A stretch of DNA of 64,000 nt from an uncultured Phycisphaerales bacterium (GTDB taxonomy: Bacteria; Planctomycetota; Phycisphaerae; Tepidisphaerales; Tepidisphaeraceae), in assembly GCA_963758525.1 (NCBI GenBank), contig CAVWVQ010000003.1, positions 4,864,001 through 4,928,000 of the forward strand. The letters run 5' to 3'. A program made the position numbers and the translations under genes. The first letter of the stretch is position 1. Every line of letters begins with the position of its first letter. Below the pieces are notes generated by a model. That model saw only the letters and a program-made list of their open reading frames with translations, was not told where the DNA came from and did not search any database. Below, in pieces: positions 53,327 through 63,666 of the stretch.

Positions 53327-53713
53327 ATGCCCCGTATTGCAGGCGTTGACATCCCCGCCGACAAGCCCATCTGGGTGAGCCTCGGCTACATCTACGGCGT
53401 CGGTCCGACCAACAGCCGGATCATCCTGAAGGAAGCCGGCATTGAGTTTCAGCGCCGCGCCAAGGAACTGACGGAAGAGGAACTTGCCAAGATCATCGGG
53501 ATCCTCGACAAGGGGTACCTCGTTGAAGGGGCGCTGCGTCGCAATATCCAGCAGAACATCGCGCGATTGCGCGATATCGGCAGCTATCGCGGAAATCGGC
53601 ATCGCCGATCGCTCCCCGTTCGCGGCCAGCGCACGCGTTCCAATGCCCGCACCCGCAAGGGCCCGCGCAAGACGGTCGCTGGAAAGAAGGGCGTGAAGGA
53701 ACTCGGCAAGTAG
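53327..53713 (+). CDS. rpsM: 30S ribosomal protein S13
   Basis: [32 protein letters not shown]. Confidence 0.97.
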   Translation: MPRIAGVDIPADKPIWVSLGYIYGVGPTNSRIILKEAGIEFQRRAKELTEEELAKIIGILDKGYLVEGALRRNIQQNIARLRDIGSYRGNRHRRSLPVRGQRTRSNARTRKGPRKTVAGKKGVKELGK

Positions 53714-53840
53714 CCAAACCGCCGAAGCCGCGAGCATCGTCTCGCGGTCATCATGGATACAGCTGTCCTGCTGTCCCCGGAGCGGCAAATTTTATGACTG
53801 AACGCGTACTCGCGATCAGTCATCAGGATACGGAACCCAA

Positions 53841-54271
53841 ATGGCAGAAAACGCAGCAGCATCAGGTTCGACAGGCAAGGCAGCAGCGGGCGCCAAGGCA
53901 GCCCAGAAGAAGCGCATCCGCAAGGGCGTGACGCGCGGAGTCGCTTATATCAAGGCGACTTTCAACAATACGATGATCACCATCACCGACACCAACGGCG
54001 AAACCCTCTCTTGGGCGTCTGCCGGCACCGTCGGATTCAAGGGCGCCCGCAAGAGCACTCCGTTTGCCGCCGGACGCGCTGCCGAAAATGCCGCGCAGCA
54101 GGCCCGCAAGCACGGGATGCTGGAGATCGAAGTCAAGGTCAAAGGGCCCGGCGCGGGCGCGAGCAGGCGATCATCCAGCTTCAGCACGCGGGGCTGAAGA
54201 TCACCGGCATCGAGGACGTGACCCCGCTGCCGCATAATGGGTGCAGACCGCCCAAGAAACGGCGCGTATAA
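53841..54271 (+). CDS. rpsK: 30S ribosomal protein S11, frameshift near 54158
   Basis: [42 protein letters not shown]. Confidence 0.95.
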
Positions 54272-54453
54272 TACGACGACCGTTTAGCGGCGCGCCCGAA
54301 GAGCCGCGCTGAGCTTTCGGAAGAAGATCGCACACAGGAACACGAGAAAACAACTCAAAATCAGGCGTCTGGCGGCGAGGCGGAAGAAAGATGGCCCCCA
54401 ACGGTGGGGGCGGTAACCTTCTGCAATCCGATCAGACGCAAGGAGATAGACCC

Positions 54454-55563
54454 ATGAGAATCCGTTGGCGCGGCCTGGAACTTCCTTCGCGCGTAACCCG
54501 CGACGATCAAGTTTCCACAGATACCTATGGAAAATTTTTCGCCGAACCGTTTGAACGCGGTTTCGGAACCACCGTCGGCAACAGCCTGCGGCGCATCCTT
54601 CTCAGCTCGCTGGAAGGTGCAGCCGTCACGCACATCCGCCTCCAAGGCGCGGATCACGAATTTTCCAGCATCCCCGGCGTGATGGAAGATGTCACCGACA
54701 TCATCCTCAACATCAAGAGCCTGGTCGTGAAACTCGATGCCGATGAGTCCAAAGAGATGAAGCTCTCGGTCCGCAAGGCCGGCGTGATCACCGCCGGCAT
54801 GATCGAAGCCGACCCGGCCATCACCATCGTCAATAAAGACATGGTGATCGCGACGCTTACCGAAGATATGCCGTTTGAGCTGACCCTGATGGTCGACAAA
54901 GGCCGCGGCTACGTTACCGCCGCGGAGAACATCGCCGATCAGGAAGAGCAGGAAATCGGTCTGATCGCTGTCGACAGCATCTACTCGCCAGTCTCCCGCG
55001 TTCGCTACGCCACCGAGGATGCGCGCGTCGGCCAGAAGACCGACTACGACCGCCTGATCCTGGAAATCTGGACCAACGGCACCATCACGCCGGAAATGGC
55101 GATGGTGGAAGCCAGCAAGATTCTGCGCAAGCACCTCAACCCGTTTGTGCAGTATTTCGAGCTGGGCTCGGACACGGTGAGCGACGAAGCAATGACGGCC
55201 CTGCGCGACGCGAGTCGGGCGACCATCGACCCGGAACTGCAGCAGAAGCTGAACATGACCGTGCAGGAGCTCGACCTTTCCGTCCGCGCCAACAACTGCC
55301 TGGAATCGGCCAAGATCGCGACCGTGCGGGATCTGGTGAAGAAAACCGACACCGACCTGCTCAAGGTTCGCAGCTTCGGAAAGACCAGCCTGCGCGAAGT
55401 GAAGCGCAAGCTGGCGGACATGGGCCTGAGCCTCGGCATGGACCTCGACGCGCGGGCGCCCGAGGAAGAGATGGAAGAGGAAGAGGAAGAAATCGACGAA
55501 CAGCCGTCCGAGGAGGGCGTTACTGCCGGCGCTCCCGAGAGCGGCAGCTCGGAACAGCACTGA
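54454..55563 (+). CDS. rpoA: RNA polymerase subunit alpha
   Basis: EPFERGFGTTVGNSLRR, KGRGY, LSVRANNCL, FGKTSL; acidic tail. Confidence 0.97.
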   Translation: MRIRWRGLELPSRVTRDDQVSTDTYGKFFAEPFERGFGTTVGNSLRRILLSSLEGAAVTHIRLQGADHEFSSIPGVMEDVTDIILNIKSLVVKLDADESKEMKLSVRKAGVITAGMIEADPAITIVNKDMVIATLTEDMPFELTLMVDKGRGYVTAAENIADQEEQEIGLIAVDSIYSPVSRVRYATEDARVGQKTDYDRLILEIWTNGTITPEMAMVEASKILRKHLNPFVQYFELGSDTVSDEAMTALRDASRATIDPELQQKLNMTVQELDLSVRANNCLESAKIATVRDLVKKTDTDLLKVRSFGKTSLREVKRKLADMGLSLGMDLDARAPEEEMEEEEEEIDEQPSEEGVTAGAPESGSSEQH

Positions 55564-55644
55564 TCGCTGTCCAAAATCTGAAAACGCCCGGCGGGCTTCC
55601 TCGCCGGGGTCTTCAGTTGTTCCAATTGAATCGAGAGGTATCTG

Positions 55645-56196
55645 ATGCGACACATGATCCGCGGCCGCCAGCTCAGCCGAGACACGGAGCACCGCATAGC
55701 GATGCGCCGGAATCTGGTGCAAAGTCTTTTCGAGCACGGCAAGGTGCGCACAACGCTCCCCAAGGCCCAGGAAGTTCGCGCGATGGCCGAGAAGCTCATC
55801 ACGCTGGCCCGCACCAACAACGTGAACAACCGCCGGCGCACCATCGCGATTCTGCAGGACCGGCGCCTGGTCGATAAGGAGCAGGAGTTCACCGGACAAA
55901 CGGTGATCAACAAGCTCTTTGCCGAAATCGCGCCGACCTTTGCCGACCGCAACGGCGGATATACCCGCATCATCAAGCTGTCGGATTTCCGCATCGGCGA
56001 CGGCGGAAATATCGTGATTCTCCAACTGCTGGCCGAGCAATCCGCCCCCACGGGCACGCCGCGCCGCTCGGCCGGGCTGCGTCGCAAGCGAAATGAACGG
56101 CGTCAGCAGTTTGCCACACGCATTCTCAAGCGCCCCGCGAAGGGCGACGCGGCGCCCGAAGCCGCGGCTGAAGCTGAAAAGCCCGCGACGACTTAA
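55645..56196 (+). CDS. rplQ: 50S ribosomal protein L17
   Basis: MRH...LSR, TTLPKA, EKLITLA, GGYTRI, RIGD. Confidence 0.96.
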   Translation: MRHMIRGRQLSRDTEHRIAMRRNLVQSLFEHGKVRTTLPKAQEVRAMAEKLITLARTNNVNNRRRTIAILQDRRLVDKEQEFTGQTVINKLFAEIAPTFADRNGGYTRIIKLSDFRIGDGGNIVILQLLAEQSAPTGTPRRSAGLRRKRNERRQQFATRILKRPAKGDAAPEAAAEAEKPATT

Positions 56197-56222
56197 ACGG
56201 TCGCGATTCTTGCAATCATCCT

Positions 56223-56261
56223 GCGGGCCGGCATCATCTGGTGCCGGCCTGCGGTCGTTTT
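56223..56261 (+). terminator. Possible intrinsic terminator after rplQ
   Basis: GCGGGCCGGCA...TGCCGGCCTGC stem followed by a short T-run. Confidence 0.45.
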
Positions 56262-56320
56262 AGGGACGGGCGCTGATTGCCATTCGGACATCACCAGATT
56301 CGTCTGAACCCGGAGTGATG

Positions 56321-56857
56321 ATGGGAAAAATTGGAACCGCATTTCGCAGCTTTTTTCGAGCGCTCCGCGACGCGGGATTCGCTCAGAGCGTCGCCGATTT
56401 GCTGGACAACAAGGCGACTCCCGTTCCAGCGGGCGCGGTGCCGCCTCTCGCTCCGGTATCGGCACCGGCCCCGCTTCGCAATGATGCCTTGACGCTTCTG
56501 TCCGCGCTGCAACGCGAGGCGCGGCTGATCGACTTCCTGCAGGAATCGATTTCCACCTACGATGATGCGCAGATTGGCGCGGCGGTCCGCGAGGTGCATC
56601 GAAGTTCCGCCGCACTATTGGAGCGAGTCTTTGCGCTGCGGCCGGTCATGACCCAAAGCGAGGGTTCGCCGGTCGAGCTGCCCGCCGGCGCGGAGGGCGG
56701 ACGCGTCCAACTCACCGGCAACGTGACGGGCAAACCCCCGTATCGCGGAACCCTGCGTCACGCCGGCTGGCAGGCAACCGCGCTCAATCTCCCCCAATGG
56801 ACGGGCGGCGAATCCGCCGCAAAGATCGTGGCGCCCGCGGAAGTGGAAGTTTCCTAA
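56321..56857 (+). CDS. DUF2760 family protein
   Basis: ALTLLSALQREARLIDFLQE, DAQIGAAVR, LTGNV, GTLRHAGW, APAEVE. Confidence 0.85.
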   Translation: MGKIGTAFRSFFRALRDAGFAQSVADLLDNKATPVPAGAVPPLAPVSAPAPLRNDALTLLSALQREARLIDFLQESISTYDDAQIGAAVREVHRSSAALLERVFALRPVMTQSEGSPVELPAGAEGGRVQLTGNVTGKPPYRGTLRHAGWQATALNLPQWTGGESAAKIVAPAEVEVS

Positions 56858-56992
56858 AATGAGCACAAGGAACGAGAAGACCTTCAAAACTCCGAGACAT
56901 CGTCCAGTGTCTGACATCGTTTAGCGGCCGCCCGAAGGGCCGCGCTCCACCCGAGCGCAATCCCGCAAAGTTCCTCAAAAGACAAGGTTCAT

Positions 56993-58798
56993 ATGGCCGC
57001 TGAATATTCCATCGGGATCGATCTGGGAACGACGAACTGCGTGCTGGCCTACGCCGCGCTCAATGATGAGCATCCCCAGGTTCAGGTGCTGCTGATCCCG
57101 CAGCTTGTGGCCGCATCGACCGTCGAATCGCGCGATTTTCTTCCGTCGTTCCTGTACCTGGCGCCGCCGGAGGAGAAAGCCGGCGGCGCGTACGATCTGC
57201 CCTGGGAACAGGGGCGTTGTGAAGCCGTCGGCGTGCTGGCGCATCGTCAGGCGGCGGACGTGCCGACGCGGACCGTCGTTGCCGCCAAGAGCTGGCTGGC
57301 ATACAGCAAGGTCGACCGCCATCAGCCGATTCTTCCTTGGAACGCGCCGGCTGACGTTGCGAAGGTATCGCCGGTGGATGCGTCGGTCAGCTACCTCCGG
57401 CATCTTGCCGGCGCATGGAACGCCGCATTTCCCAACGCGCCGTTGGCGGATCAGCAGGTCGTGCTGACCGTCCCGGCGTCGTTCGATGCCAGCGCCCGCG
57501 AATTGACCCGTGAAGCGGCGCTCAAAGCGGGCTTGCCCGACGACCTGATTTTGCTCGAAGAGCCGCAGGCCGCGCTGTACGCGTGGCTGGCCGACATGGG
57601 CGACGCCTGGCGGCGCAAAGTGAAGGCCGGCGACACACTGCTCGTCTGCGACGTCGGCGGCGGAACCACCGACTTCACCCTCATCGGAGTGACCGACGAC
57701 GCGGGCGAACTCGGCCTGCGCCGCATTGCCGTCGGCAATCACACGCTCGTCGGCGGCGACAACATGGATCTCACGCTCGCGCATTTCGCCGGAGCGGCAC
57801 TCGCCAAAAAGGGCGTTACTCTCGATCCCTGGCAGTCGGTTTCGTTATGGCATGCCTGCCGATCCGCGAAGGAATCATTGCTGGCTGAGCGCGGGAAGCA
57901 GACATTTCCCGTGTCGGTTCTCGGCCGCGGCAGCAAACTCGTCGGCGGGGCCGTCTCAGTCGATCTGGATCGTGCCGCCGTCAAAGAGCTTCTCGTAGAT
58001 GGCTTCTTCCCCGCGTGCGCGCTCGAAGACAAGCCGGCCCGCCGGCGCGCTTCGGGCTTCCGCGAGATCGGATTGCCGTTTGAAAACGACACCGGAATCA
58101 CCCGGCACCTCGCCGCTTTTCTTGCCGCCAATGCCGATGAATCCGGCAAACCGATCCGCCCGACGCACCTCCTCTTCAACGGCGGCGTCTTCAAAGCCGT
58201 CGCATTTCGCGAGCGATTGACCGAAGTGATCGGGAGTTGGTTCGCCACCGGCAAAGGCGCCGTCGTCCCGAAGGTTCTGGAAGGAAACGAAGATCTTGAC
58301 TACGCCGTGGCCCGCGGCGCCGCCTATTACGGCGTCGCCAAACACGGCCGCGGCGTGCGCATTCGCGGCGGCGCGCCGCGCAGCTATTACGTCGGCATCG
58401 AAACCGCCGGCCTCGCGATCCCCGGCGCACCCCGGCCGCTGCGCGCCCTCTGCGTCGTCCCTTTCGGCATGGAAGAGGGAACCGAGACCGACATCGCCGG
58501 CGACCCGATCGGCCTGGTCGTTGGCGAGCCCGCCGTCTTCCGTTTCTTCTCGTCATCCGTTCGCAAGCTGGACCAGCCCGGCGATCTGATCGCCCAGTGG
58601 ACCGAAGCCGAGCTGGAAGAAACCGATTCGCTGGAAGCCAATCTCACCAAGCCCGAAAAGGTGGAGGAAGATTATGTTCCCGTACATTTCCATTCGCACA
58701 TCAGCGAGTTGGGAGTCTTTGAATTGTGGTGCGTCAGCGCGCTAAATAACGAGCGATGGAAGCTGGAATTCAGCGTGCGCGATGATGCCGATGCGTGA
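56993..58798 (+). CDS. Atypical Hsp70/DnaK-family protein
   Basis: GIDLGTTN, TVPASFD, EEPQAA, DVGGGTTD, GGDNMD, FNGG, AVARGAA. Confidence 0.88.
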   Translation: MAAEYSIGIDLGTTNCVLAYAALNDEHPQVQVLLIPQLVAASTVESRDFLPSFLYLAPPEEKAGGAYDLPWEQGRCEAVGVLAHRQAADVPTRTVVAAKSWLAYSKVDRHQPILPWNAPADVAKVSPVDASVSYLRHLAGAWNAAFPNAPLADQQVVLTVPASFDASARELTREAALKAGLPDDLILLEEPQAALYAWLADMGDAWRRKVKAGDTLLVCDVGGGTTDFTLIGVTDDAGELGLRRIAVGNHTLVGGDNMDLTLAHFAGAALAKKGVTLDPWQSVSLWHACRSAKESLLAERGKQTFPVSVLGRGSKLVGGAVSVDLDRAAVKELLVDGFFPACALEDKPARRRASGFREIGLPFENDTGITRHLAAFLAANADESGKPIRPTHLLFNGGVFKAVAFRERLTEVIGSWFATGKGAVVPKVLEGNEDLDYAVARGAAYYGVAKHGRGVRIRGGAPRSYYVGIETAGLAIPGAPRPLRALCVVPFGMEEGTETDIAGDPIGLVVGEPAVFRFFSSSVRKLDQPGDLIAQWTEAELEETDSLEANLTKPEKVEEDYVPVHFHSHISELGVFELWCVSALNNERWKLEFSVRDDADA

Positions 58799-58949
58799 CT
58801 CGCAAAACCGCTAAAAGTGCCACGCGTCAGAGAGCCCGACTCTGCGATAACGTTCTGGCGAGCCGGACGAGAAATTGTGTTACAATTGGTCAGCAGTCCG
58901 AGCATCAGGTGATCGCCCGGGCAATATGGTCGTACAACTGGTGACGGGC

Positions 58950-59231
58950 ATGAATGTAACTTTAAGCCATGCGGCGGAGATCGCCGTACGAACTCTTGTG
59001 GATGAGGATCGGCGGAAAGTGCATGCATGGATCGACTGTCTCAAGAAGTGGGAGCAGGACGCGTTCGTCCAGTCCAAGGCGCAGAAGTTGATCTTGCCGC
59101 AGGTGGACAATGTCTACGTCCTGAGAACCAGCGCCGATTTGCATATTTTTTTCATCTTGGAAGCAAATCGCATCGAGGTGATCGACATCGCCAGGGGCGA
59201 CTCGCTTGAGAGGGTGCGCCACGCGTCGTAA
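58950..59231 (+). CDS. Small RelE/ParE-fold-like protein
   Basis: 93 aa: N-terminal strand, two helices, then YVLR...LHIFF...IEVIDI. Confidence 0.55.
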   Translation: MNVTLSHAAEIAVRTLVDEDRRKVHAWIDCLKKWEQDAFVQSKAQKLILPQVDNVYVLRTSADLHIFFILEANRIEVIDIARGDSLERVRHAS

Positions 59232-59281
59232 CGTCTGTTGGAAACTCACCTCTTGGAACATCAGTGACGGGGGCAGTCGAG

Positions 59282-59915
59282 ATGAAGCGATTTGAAGAGA
59301 TCGAGTTCGTCGCAAGGCAATGCGGGAGAACTCAAAGAGTTTAGTGAAAGGCTGGTCGAGGGTGCTTCATTGCAGGAACGACGAGACCTCAAACCTTTCT
59401 TCGAGCGCGCGAAGCAATTGTGCGCGTTCATAGGTACGTATGTTGCGGACATCGGCCCCGCCAATCTGCTGGCCTATGAGTTCGAGGTGGCCGGAGACTT
59501 CGTGGCGGACATCGTCGTCGGCAACCGGGAGAGCCAGACATTCTGCATGGTTGAGCTTGAGGATGCGTGTCCACCAGGCATATTTGTTTCATCTGGGCGG
59601 AGGACCAAGGAATGGAACCCTCGGTTTGAGCACGGCTTCAGCCAACTTGTGGACTGGTTTTATGCTCTTGATGACCTGAAGGGCACTGAGAGATTCACGC
59701 GAGATTTCGGATATGGGCATGCCAAGTTCCATGGATTACTTGTCATCGGCAGGTCCGGCGATATCGCAGACGAAGATCACAACCGTCTGCGCTGGCGCGG
59801 AGAACGGGTTTTGGTGAATTCTCATCCAATCCACTGCGTCACCTACGACGAACTGCACCTCCACCTCGAGCGCCGATTGAAGCACTATCCGGCTGCGGCA
59901 ATCGACACCGAATAG
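59282..59915 (+). CDS. Shedu-like (DUF4263) nuclease without N-terminal sensor domain; probable frameshift near 59325
   Basis: EFEVAGDFVADIVV, MVELEDA, GFSQLVDW, LLVIGR, TYDEL; likely start MKRFEEIEF at 59282. Confidence 0.75.
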
Positions 59916-60494
59916 GGATAGCGCGCGGGACGGGACCGAAAAGAAATTGAACGGTTTGCATGATATCATTCGCAAACCGAGGTGATGCGATGAGCCAGAC
60001 AATATGGTCTCAGCCAGTCGGAGCCTCTGTCAACTGCCTCTGCGCCGCCGATGGGGCGAACGTCCCCGGAAAGCGAACGGGTCCGCGGAGGGCAGCCCCG
60101 AACGGTTCGGGGGATGGATGCAAACGAATGCACCTACGGGAAAGTATTTTGGGCCCCGCAGCCCGGCGGAGTAGGATGTCCCCGACATTTTGAAGATTCG
60201 CGAGCCAAGCGAATCGTCCCTGAGGCGTCGAATTGCAACCCCCGGCCGAAACGTTGTTTTTTTGACCTGTGGACGATTCTGTTGGGCACGCTCCGTCGCG
60301 GCGTGCGTTGCCCGGCGGATGAACCGGGTCAAACGCCGTTGCAAGCATGGCGCCTTGGGGAGTCCGTTGAACACCGGACCCCGTTTCCGATTTCTGTAGG
60401 CGGGGACGGCTCGAAATCGACGAGGTTCAAAATGCGATTTGAAATTAGCGCGACCGACCGAACAACGGGTGAGGATATGACCTTCATACTCGAA

Positions 60495-60832
60495 GCGATA
60501 GCGTTCTGGCATGGAGCACAACATACGTGTTACAATTTGCACGCGTCCGAGCATCGGGTTCACCGCCCGGGCAGAAGGCCATACAACCGGTGACGATTAT
60601 GAATGTAATTTTGAGCCATACGGCGGAGATCGCCGTGCGAACCGTGGGGGACGAGGATCGGCGGAAGGTGCATCCCTGGATCGACTATCTCAAGAAGTGG
60701 GAGCAGGGCGCGTTCGTGCGGTCGAAGGTGAGAAGTGTTCAGTTCCCTTCTGGTCGAAGCCCGCGATGCGGTCCGCCGCGACCGCCGCAAGTCGGCGTGA
60801 ATCCACCCGTCCGATTTGAGCAATTGGCATGA
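60495..60832 (+). pseudogene. Diverged, 3'-truncated duplicate of the RelE-like gene with its upstream region
   Basis: 60495-60736 aligns with 58844-59088; 35 of the first 43 aa identical, then unrelated sequence. Confidence 0.78.
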
Positions 60833-61449
60833 CCCTGCAAACAGAAACAAAAGTACCGGCACGAACGTCCGCGGCTCTCTCGTACGAACAATTCCTCGAA
60901 CTGATGGGCGGGGAGCATGTTGAATGGGTGGATGGGGAGATCATCAAAATGGCGCCCATATCGGACGAGCATCAGTATTTAGGCCTGTTCCTTTTGGCTG
61001 TGTTGCGTCCGTTCGTGGAATTTCATGAGCTGGGCCAATTGCTGTATGAGCCGTTCCAGATGAAAACCGGCCCCGATCTGCCGGGACGATCGCCCGACAT
61101 ATTGTTTGTTGCGGCCGCTAACCTGGGTCGCCTGCAACGGACGTTCCTGGACGGGCCGGCGGACATGGTGGTCGAAATCATCAGCCCGGACAGTCAATCC
61201 CGTGACCGCGGTGAGAAATTTTCCGAATACGAACGCGGCGGCGTCCGCGAGTACTGGCTGCTTGATCCCATTCGCAAGCAGGCCGATTTTTACACGCGCG
61301 GCGACGATGGTATTTTCCGCCTGTTGCCGATGACTGACGGTGTTTTCCGCAGCAGCGTGCTGCCGGGATTCTGGCTCAAGACTGACTGGCTGTGGCAGAT
61401 GCCATTGCCCGGCACAATTAGCGTCATGAAGGAACTAGGTTTGATTTAG
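60829..61449 (+). CDS. Uma2-family PD-(D/E)XK endonuclease
   Basis: EWVDG, H, PDILFV, VVEIISP, K...YE.GGVREYWLLDP, SSVLPGF. Confidence 0.9.
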   Translation: MTLQTETKVPARTSAALSYEQFLELMGGEHVEWVDGEIIKMAPISDEHQYLGLFLLAVLRPFVEFHELGQLLYEPFQMKTGPDLPGRSPDILFVAAANLGRLQRTFLDGPADMVVEIISPDSQSRDRGEKFSEYERGGVREYWLLDPIRKQADFYTRGDDGIFRLLPMTDGVFRSSVLPGFWLKTDWLWQMPLPGTISVMKELGLI

Positions 61450-61709
61450 GCTCTCGCGGTACTCCGCGTCCAACTGCTCCCGCCCACTTCCGCCCGCAAA
61501 GGAGGATGACAGCGATCAGTCTGGACGTGCGCGAATTTCGGCGGAAGCGCGTAACACCCCGGAAGGCCTCGGCATGAGCTGTCGGACTTGTTTCGCCGCA
61601 CGCAATGACGACACAAATTGGCTGCGCGGGTAGATATGCGTGCCGTTCGTGTCAGAGATCTTGACTCCGCACGACTGAACAAAGCGCTTCCAGTTTCCCG
61701 GCGGTAGAG

Positions 61710-63499
61710 ATGCCCAACTCCCTTCCATCAACCTCGGCTCTCGAAGCCGCCAGGGCAAAGAATAAACGCGGCATTCAACTGGCCCAGACCGGGAGGCTCG
61801 GCGAGTCCGTCGAGGCCTTTCGCAAGGCCATTCGCTACTACCCGGAGTTCTTTGATGCTCATTGCAACCTCGGCAATGTCCTGACCTTTCAAAAGAAGTT
61901 TCCTGACGCGCTGCGATCTTATCAGCGGGCACTGGAGCTGCGCCCGGCGATGCCAGTCTGATCAACAACATCAGCAACCTCCTTCGCGAGCAGGGCGATT
62001 ATGAAGGCGCCGCCGAACGCGCCAGGGAAGCGCTGGCCATACTTCCCGATCATGCCGGCGCATATAACAACCTGGGCGCGGCGCTCCAGCAGTTGGACAG
62101 GCTGCCTGAAGCGATCGTGGCTTTTGAGAGAGCTCGCTCTCTCGCGCCGACGATGCCGGATGTTCTGCTGAATCTGGCTGCCGCGCTTTGGAAAGAGGGC
62201 CGCTTTGATGAATCCGTTTTGCGCGCGCGGGAATTGCTCCGGCTGCAGCCCGATTCTGCGATGGCGAACGTCTATCTCGGGCTTTCGCTGTGCAAGCTCG
62301 CAAAACATGCCGAGTCCGAAGCGGCTTTGCGCGAATCGGTGCGGCTCTCTCCCGCTGAGCCCAAGACGCATCGCAACCTTGCGTTTGTGCTGCTGGAGGC
62401 GCGCCGCTTCAGCGAGGCGGAGACTGCCGCGAGAAAAGCCGTCTCGCTCGATCCGGCCTGCGCCGAGTATCACGCAATGCTTGGCGTGGCGCTCGCCAAG
62501 CAGGGTCGCTATGAAGAAGCGTTGAACACCTACGAGACTGCGCTCAAGCTCCGCCCGGAGGATCCCGAAGCACGCATGCACCGCGGCCTGGTCATGCTGG
62601 TCACGGGCGACTTCGAGCAGGGATGGGAGGAGTACGAATGGCGGCTGCAGGGAGTGACCTGGGTGGCGCCGCCGTCTCCAATGTGGGACGGCGGCCGACT
62701 CGACGGGCGGACCATTCTACTGCACGCCGAGCAGGGGGTCGGCGACACCTTCCAGTTCATCCGCTATGCGCCGCTCGTGAAGGAAAAAGGGGCCACGGTC
62801 GTGCTGAGAGTCGATGCTTCGCTCATTCCGCTCCTCGAGGCGTCGCCGGGCATCGATCGGCTCGTGCCGATGGACGCGGAGGTGGAAGAGGCCGACGTGC
62901 ACATCGCGTTGATGAGCTTGCCACATCGATTGAAGACGCGATTGGAGACAATACCGGCTTCCATACCTTACGTTTTTCCCGACGATCGCGCGATCGAGCG
63001 ATGGCGGCGGGAGCTGAACAGCACCCGCGGCTTCAAGGTCGGCGTGGTTTGGAAAGGGAACCCCGAACACCCTGATGATTGCGATCGTTCGCTCGCGTTA
63101 AGCGATCTGGAGCCGCTGAGTTCGATTCCAAATGTGACGCTCTTCAGCCTTCAACGCAACGCCGCCGACGAGCTGCGATCGGCAACCTTTCAGATCGAGG
63201 ATCTTGCCGCAAGGGAGGATAAGACTCGTGGCTCGTTCATGGACTCGGCCGGCCTGCTCCGCAATCTCGATCTGCTGATCACCTGCGATACGTCGGTGGC
63301 CCATCTGGCCGGAGCCATGGGCGTTCCTGTCTGGATTCTGCTGGCTTATATCCCGGATTTTCGCTGGATGCTGGGAAGGGAAGATTCGCCGTGGTACCCC
63401 TCTGCCAGGCTATTCCGTCAGGCCACTGCGGGTGATTGGAGCAAAGTCATTGAACGGGTCGCAGGCTGTCTGCGGGAAAAGTTCTCCGGCCCGGCATAA
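61710..63499 (+). CDS. TPR-repeat protein with C-terminal GT-B (GT9-like) domain, frameshift near 61945
   Basis: Multiple TPRs (AHCNLG, AYNNLG); GWEEYEWR, EQGVGDTFQFIRY, DTSVAHLAGA, SPWYPS. Confidence 0.85.
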
Positions 63500-63666
63500 A
63501 GGACGGCGCGCTGGGAACGCCGCTTGCAGCGTCGATTCCGTGTGCGTGACACTTTCGGCGAGGGGTCCCGCTTCGCGTTTCCCGCGCCAGAAGCTAACGC
63601 AAGCCGCTCCAGCCGCGAAGCGAGCCAGCGCGCGTTTCGAAGCGCGTTCCGGCACCCCGAGAACGA

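Noticed and set aside
21757..54271. clpB, rpsK and others as true pseudogenes or programmed frameshifts
   Set aside because: Both halves are conserved, rpsK is essential and no slippery heptamers were seen; sequencing error is more parsimonious
54272..54453. Absence of rpsD between rpsK and rpoA as an anomaly
   Set aside because: rpsD is located elsewhere in many lineages
60339..60356. Minus-strand GG-N10-GC sigma-54-like box
   Set aside because: Weak match and no credible downstream minus-strand gene
59916..60430. Riboswitch or ncRNA, and short ORF MSQTIWSQPV
   Set aside because: Only short GC-rich hairpins with no recognisable c-di-GMP or c-di-AMP core; ORF has an SD but no recognisable protein pattern
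58798..61449. Integron cassette array
   Set aside because: No convincing attC sites and no integrase; the repeat includes coding sequence
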